From Candidatus Babeliales bacterium (lineage in GTDB: Bacteria; Babelota; Babeliae; Babelales; Vermiphilaceae), in the NCBI GenBank assembly GCA_044451405.1, contig JBIOKB010000028.1:1-11351 (forward strand): DNA of 11,351 nt, read 5' to 3'. Within the stretch, counting starts at the first letter, position 1, and every line of letters starts with the position of its first letter. The translations under genes were made by a program, and so were the position numbers. This document shows positions 7,305 to 11,351 of the stretch, one piece after another. The notes beneath the pieces are model-generated. The model ran no database searches. It was given only the letters and a program-made list of their open reading frames with translations, and had not been told where the DNA came from.

Positions 7305-9869
7305 ATGATCTCACTCAACAACGACCATACTAAAACAGTCGTTTTTTTATTCCTCCATTTTTTTTTATGGTCGATCTCCATATCTGTTCTTCATGCTGCT
7401 GAACATGATATCCACACCACATTACCATCTGACACACAAGAACTTGCAACCCTAGAACAGGATAAACCCTATTACGTCAACGATATCATTATTGTTGGTA
7501 ATAAGCATGTGCCTACGCAAGCAATTCTTGACCGGGTCCCCTTCACCAAAGGCGAAATTTTTGAAGCACAAAAAACACGCACGCTGATTAATAATTTATA
7601 TTATGCGCTTAAACATTTCCGCACCATTACGGTTAAAGTGGCTATTGTAAACAACGATCATATTAACTTGTACATCATCGTTGAAGAAAAAAAAATGTTG
7701 AAAGATACGGTCATTGAAGGGAACACGCAAGTAACACGCAAAGAAATTAATGCTAAAATAAACTTTACTGACCTTCCTGCTATTGATGAGCAGGAATTAA
7801 AACGCTATAGCCTCATTATTAAGAAAATTTATCTTGATAAAGGATACCATCTCACTGAAATTGATACGCAGTTACGTCCTGAAGATGATGTAACCGTAAC
7901 GGCCATATTTAAGATTAAAGAGCATCAAAAATCATTAGTAAAACGCATCTTTTTTAAAGGCAATCATCATTTTAGCCGCAAACAATTAAGTGCGGTGATT
8001 TTTACCCGCGAAGATTGGTTGCTTGGCTTTTTAGATAAATCAGGAACGTACCAAGCAGACCGTCTTGCAGGTGATAAACACATGCTTGAACAGTTTTATC
8101 AAAATAATGGATATATGAATGCTAAGATTGTTGATATTGATGTTCAGATGGATCAAGCTACACAAAACCTTTCAGTCACTTATGAAATTAAAGAAGGTGA
8201 TCTCTATACCATAGGCGACGTGCATGTGTCTGGTAATGATCTGCTGTCAGAAGATTATTTAAAAGCTATCGTTCCTTTGCGTACCGGTGACATCTATTCC
8301 CGTGAAAATTTGGTTAATGCCATGAAAACATTAGAATTTGTGTGGGGAGACCTTGGCTATATTTATGCCCACATTGAGCCAACTATCCAACCAAATGAGG
8401 AGACAAAAACGGTTAATCTTTCTTTTGATGCAGAACTGGGAAACAAAGTATTTTTAAACAAGATAAATATTCGTGGCAATTACAAAACACGCGATAAAAT
8501 TATCCGTAGAAAGATAGCACTTGAAGAAGGCGGCATCATTACTAATTCCCTCATGGAACATGGTAAAAATAACATAGCCTCACTTGGATATTTTGATCAG
8601 CGGGATGGTGTTAACTGGAAAACAACCCGTATTTCAGAAGATCTTGCCGATCTTGACCTTATCGTAAAGGAGCGAAAAACTGGTGACGCCCATTTAAAGC
8701 TTGGCTTTGGTGGATCAGCAGTAAGTATTTCAGATCCTACCTCAAGCTTATCCGTAGAAGGTAATATTTCTGATATCAATTTTGGCGGCAGCGGTGTTTC
8801 AGTTAACCTATCGGGTAAATTAGCCGCTGATGAAAAAACATTCTTACTTAATATTACACAACCATGGATGTTTGATCGCCCTATTTATGGTTCTTTGGAT
8901 TTGTACCATAAACGTTTTAGTTATGATTGGTTTACCCTCACACAACCAGTTACTGAGCGCTTTACCGGTGGCGTATTAACAGCAGGATTTGTCACATCAC
9001 CACGCCATCGTATCTTTAATGATATGTTTGTTCGTTTTAGTTTAGGCGGTGATCATGTTAATTATGGCAGCGCTGCAACACCTGATGGCACCATGATACC
9101 TACCTCACCAAAAGCATCGATCCCTGTTATTTCCTATGATCCAAGCGGGGCTATCAGGACTGCAGCAACGCATGCATACAATAAAATTCTTGCACAAGAA
9201 TTTGAGCCGGGTACCTTCTTAACCTATATCATGCAAATTGGCCGCGATAGAAAAAATCATCCACAACATCCAAGTAATGGTTCTGCATGGATTGCCCGTT
9301 CTATAACGGCGTTCCCTGTGCTGAATAGTACTATTAGCTATCAAAAATTTGATCTTGATTTTAACTGGTATACGCCTCTTATTGGTGATTATAATCTTAT
9401 TTTTAGATTCCATTCATATCTTGGCTTTATCATACCATTTAAAAATCGCGTCATTCCGTATAGAGAACTGTTCCATATTGGTGGTCCAGCAAGCGTACGT
9501 GGATTCTTGTACGGTCAAATTGGGCCACAATTCACGGTAAACACCAACCAAGCTAATGTGCTGCAAGATTCAATCGGTGGCGATAAAACATTTTTCATGA
9601 ATGTTGAACTTATCTTCCCTATCATGTCAGATTTCTCTATGAAAGGTGTTGTATTTTATGATGGCGGAGCAGGATGGAATAATCCATTTATTAAGGATGT
9701 ACCATCACAGTTTATTAGAAATAATGGCTTTAATTTCCGCCAATCAGTCGGTGCTGGTATTCGTATTTATAACCCAATTCCGCTACGCATTGACTGGGGC
9801 TTTAAACTTGATCCGCGCAAAAATGAAACAGCAAGTGAATTACATTTTGGTATGTCGTATGATTGGTAA
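7305..9869 (+). CDS. bamA: Outer membrane protein assembly factor BamA (Omp85)
   Basis: Signal peptide, five POTRA-like units (IVGNK, IEGNT, FKGNH, VSGND, IRGNYKTRDKIIRR), barrel with loop-6 GGPASVRGF motif, PIPLRIDWG and terminal Trp. GGGAG RBS upstream. Confidence 0.97.
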   Translation: MISLNNDHTKTVVFLFLHFFLWSISISVLHAAEHDIHTTLPSDTQELATLEQDKPYYVNDIIIVGNKHVPTQAILDRVPFTKGEIFEAQKTRTLINNLYYALKHFRTITVKVAIVNNDHINLYIIVEEKKMLKDTVIEGNTQVTRKEINAKINFTDLPAIDEQELKRYSLIIKKIYLDKGYHLTEIDTQLRPEDDVTVTAIFKIKEHQKSLVKRIFFKGNHHFSRKQLSAVIFTREDWLLGFLDKSGTYQADRLAGDKHMLEQFYQNNGYMNAKIVDIDVQMDQATQNLSVTYEIKEGDLYTIGDVHVSGNDLLSEDYLKAIVPLRTGDIYSRENLVNAMKTLEFVWGDLGYIYAHIEPTIQPNEETKTVNLSFDAELGNKVFLNKINIRGNYKTRDKIIRRKIALEEGGIITNSLMEHGKNNIASLGYFDQRDGVNWKTTRISEDLADLDLIVKERKTGDAHLKLGFGGSAVSISDPTSSLSVEGNISDINFGGSGVSVNLSGKLAADEKTFLLNITQPWMFDRPIYGSLDLYHKRFSYDWFTLTQPVTERFTGGVLTAGFVTSPRHRIFNDMFVRFSLGGDHVNYGSAATPDGTMIPTSPKASIPVISYDPSGAIRTAATHAYNKILAQEFEPGTFLTYIMQIGRDRKNHPQHPSNGSAWIARSITAFPVLNSTISYQKFDLDFNWYTPLIGDYNLIFRFHSYLGFIIPFKNRVIPYRELFHIGGPASVRGFLYGQIGPQFTVNTNQANVLQDSIGGDKTFFMNVELIFPIMSDFSMKGVVFYDGGAGWNNPFIKDVPSQFIRNNGFNFRQSVGAGIRIYNPIPLRIDWGFKLDPRKNETASELHFGMSYDW

Positions 9870-9885
9870 AAATAAAGGGAGTATT

Positions 9886-10140
9886 ATGAAGAGACTTCTG
9901 TTTATCTGTTTGTTGGTAAGCAACGCACTGTTGCTTAGTATGGCGGGACTCAACATACACAAAACAATTTGTAAATTTAGAATAATGTATGCCTATAAAG
10001 ACACGATTGCTACCAAATATACTCTAAAAGCAGACAAGCCTTCGTATGAAGTTAGAGATAATATAGGTATAACAACAGGCGCTGGAGCTGAAGAAATTTT
10101 TAAGAGATTCGAACGAGAATATAATTATAAGCCTCGTTAG
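9886..10140 (+). CDS. Small secreted hypothetical protein (84 aa), paralog array member 1
   Basis: ATG at 9886 follows AAGGGAG, 16 nt after the bamA stop. Signal-like MKRLLFICLLVSNALLLSMA. Carries AEEIFKRFEREY. Confidence 0.78.
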   Translation: MKRLLFICLLVSNALLLSMAGLNIHKTICKFRIMYAYKDTIATKYTLKADKPSYEVRDNIGITTGAGAEEIFKRFEREYNYKPR

Positions 10141-10161
10141 AATTATGAATGCGGAGGTAAT

Positions 10162-10542
10162 ATGCTGCATATCTATATATTCCCGTTACTTCTGATGTCT
10201 TGTTTGTTATATAGTGCAGAAGAACATAAATGCACGCCATTAAGCAACCGTCATGAACAAGTAGGCATGCTTATCAGAAAAGTAGAAGTCAAATCACAAT
10301 ATCCTATTATTTCGTACAGTAAACAATCAGAATTAAAGCCGGGATTACATACCATAGCAACACAGATAACAAAAAAGACCGGAAAATCTGAATATTATGT
10401 CTATATCATTTACGTTGGTAACCCAATGCCCATAGACGGTGGAAGATCTGCACAAAACCAATTCAACAAATTCGAAAAACAGTATGAGAAAGAAAAAGCA
10501 ACACGCGAAAATCTCTTTAAAATATTAGGAATTAATTCATAG
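10162..10542 (+). CDS. Small secreted hypothetical protein (126 aa), paralog array member 2
   Basis: Strong GGAGGT RBS. Signal-like MLHIYIFPLLLMSCLLYSA. Carries AQNQFNKFEKQY. Confidence 0.82.
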   Translation: MLHIYIFPLLLMSCLLYSAEEHKCTPLSNRHEQVGMLIRKVEVKSQYPIISYSKQSELKPGLHTIATQITKKTGKSEYYVYIIYVGNPMPIDGGRSAQNQFNKFEKQYEKEKATRENLFKILGINS

Positions 10543-10552
10543 GGAGAATAGT

Positions 10553-11245
10553 ATGCTTCATGCAGATATATGCGCACTAACGCTTGCTTTAAACAGCAGG
10601 ATCTATAACGAACAACCGCATAGCTCAAAAACTTCATTGCTTTGCTATCAAAGTGAGCCTTCATCCCACACTCTCCACCGACCTGGCCATTGCTTCAGAC
10701 CTTTCTTTGATAAAATACAAGCAACCGAAGAAGAAGATACTATTATTGCCTATGATATGGCTGCATCTCCTCATTTTCGCTTTATGGCAGAGCAAATAAC
10801 AAGCAAAAAAACAGGCGGGTCTCGCTGTATGGCATTCTACACACTTAACTCTCTCCCAAAAAAACCTAACCCAGAGATTTTATGGACAACACTACCACCA
10901 AAAGATGCCACTGATCTTTTCTCTGAGCTGCAAAAACAATACCTAAAAATATTTAATGTTTTAGTAGAACAGCATAAAAATAAAGAAAAATCTCTTGAAA
11001 AAAATAAATCAGTAAAAACATGCACAAAAATAGATGACTCTGTTTCTGAGATGCGAATTACAAAGTATACTCAAGAAGAACATGGCATTAAGCGTATTGC
11101 TGAACGCGTTTGCATGTATCATGGTAGGAAGTATTATGCATCCAACTCAGATGGATCCAAAAAAATGCGATGTAGAAAGACGTCAGAAGCTTTATTTGAA
11201 GAACTCGAAGACATATACCTCAATGAAAATAAACCATCACAATAA
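10553..11245 (+). CDS. Hypothetical protein (230 aa) with two copies of the array module, member 3
   Basis: GGGAG RBS directly after the previous stop. Carries ATDLFSELQKQY and SEALFEELEDIY. Confidence 0.78.
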   Translation: MLHADICALTLALNSRIYNEQPHSSKTSLLCYQSEPSSHTLHRPGHCFRPFFDKIQATEEEDTIIAYDMAASPHFRFMAEQITSKKTGGSRCMAFYTLNSLPKKPNPEILWTTLPPKDATDLFSELQKQYLKIFNVLVEQHKNKEKSLEKNKSVKTCTKIDDSVSEMRITKYTQEEHGIKRIAERVCMYHGRKYYASNSDGSKKMRCRKTSEALFEELEDIYLNENKPSQ

Positions 11246-11258
11246 ATTCTTCTGGTTA

Positions 11259-11351
11259 TTAACATTGAGTATCTTCTGTGTGTTTTGTACTTACTCTTCT
11301 GAGAATACAAAAATATATGGGGTAAAAACAGGCACACGCACCGCATATACA
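11259..11351 (-). CDS. Possible 3' end of a convergent gene entering from beyond the window
   Basis: One minus-strand frame is open from the window edge (CICGACACFYPIYFCILRRVSTKHTEDTQC) and ends in tandem TAA TAA, 13 nt from the preceding + strand stop. The frame cannot be confirmed. Confidence 0.3.
   Translation of the reverse strand, partial: CICGACACFYPIYFCILRRVSTKHTEDTQC

Noticed and set aside
6202-9540. Short ORFs within cysS and bamA, and 7163-7381 (-)
   Set aside because: Antisense or off-frame to conserved genes. 7163-7381 overlaps the bamA start and has no recognisable features.
9646-9885. Extended 164-aa version of the first post-bamA ORF
   Set aside because: It would overlap bamA by 224 nt. 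The ATG at 9886 has an RBS and starts a signal peptide.
10410-11346. Minus-strand ORFs 10410-10664, 10837-11025 and 11134-11346
   Set aside because: Antisense to RBS-supported + strand genes that share a common motif.
1-11351. CRISPR array, toxin-antitoxin pair or named defence system
   Set aside because: No regularly spaced nucleotide repeats were seen. The GNAT is RimJ/RimL-like with no adjacent RHH antitoxin, and no defence-family motifs were recognised.

Overview
An AT-rich bacterial window mixing housekeeping and lineage-specific genes. In order: the 3' part of tRNA-Ser(UGA); a degenerate stand-alone GIY-YIG gene; a RimJ/RimL GNAT coupled to a secreted Pro/Ser-rich orphan; a perfect 28-bp palindrome (probable terminator); a minus-strand pair encoding a BI-1/YccA-family membrane protein and an exported protein made of four tandem single-Cache domains with no output domain; an exported hypothetical protein; trxA; cysS; bamA; and three small orphan ORFs after bamA that together carry four diverged copies of one roughly 55-70 aa module ending [AS]-x3-F-x2-[FL]-[EQ]-x2-Y. 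BamA shows the organism is a diderm. The many signal-peptide orphans resemble Candidatus Dependentiae (TM6/Babelota), but that assignment is an unverified inference. The two best leads are the tetra-Cache protein and the paralog array behind bamA. No CRISPR array, transposase or integrase was seen.
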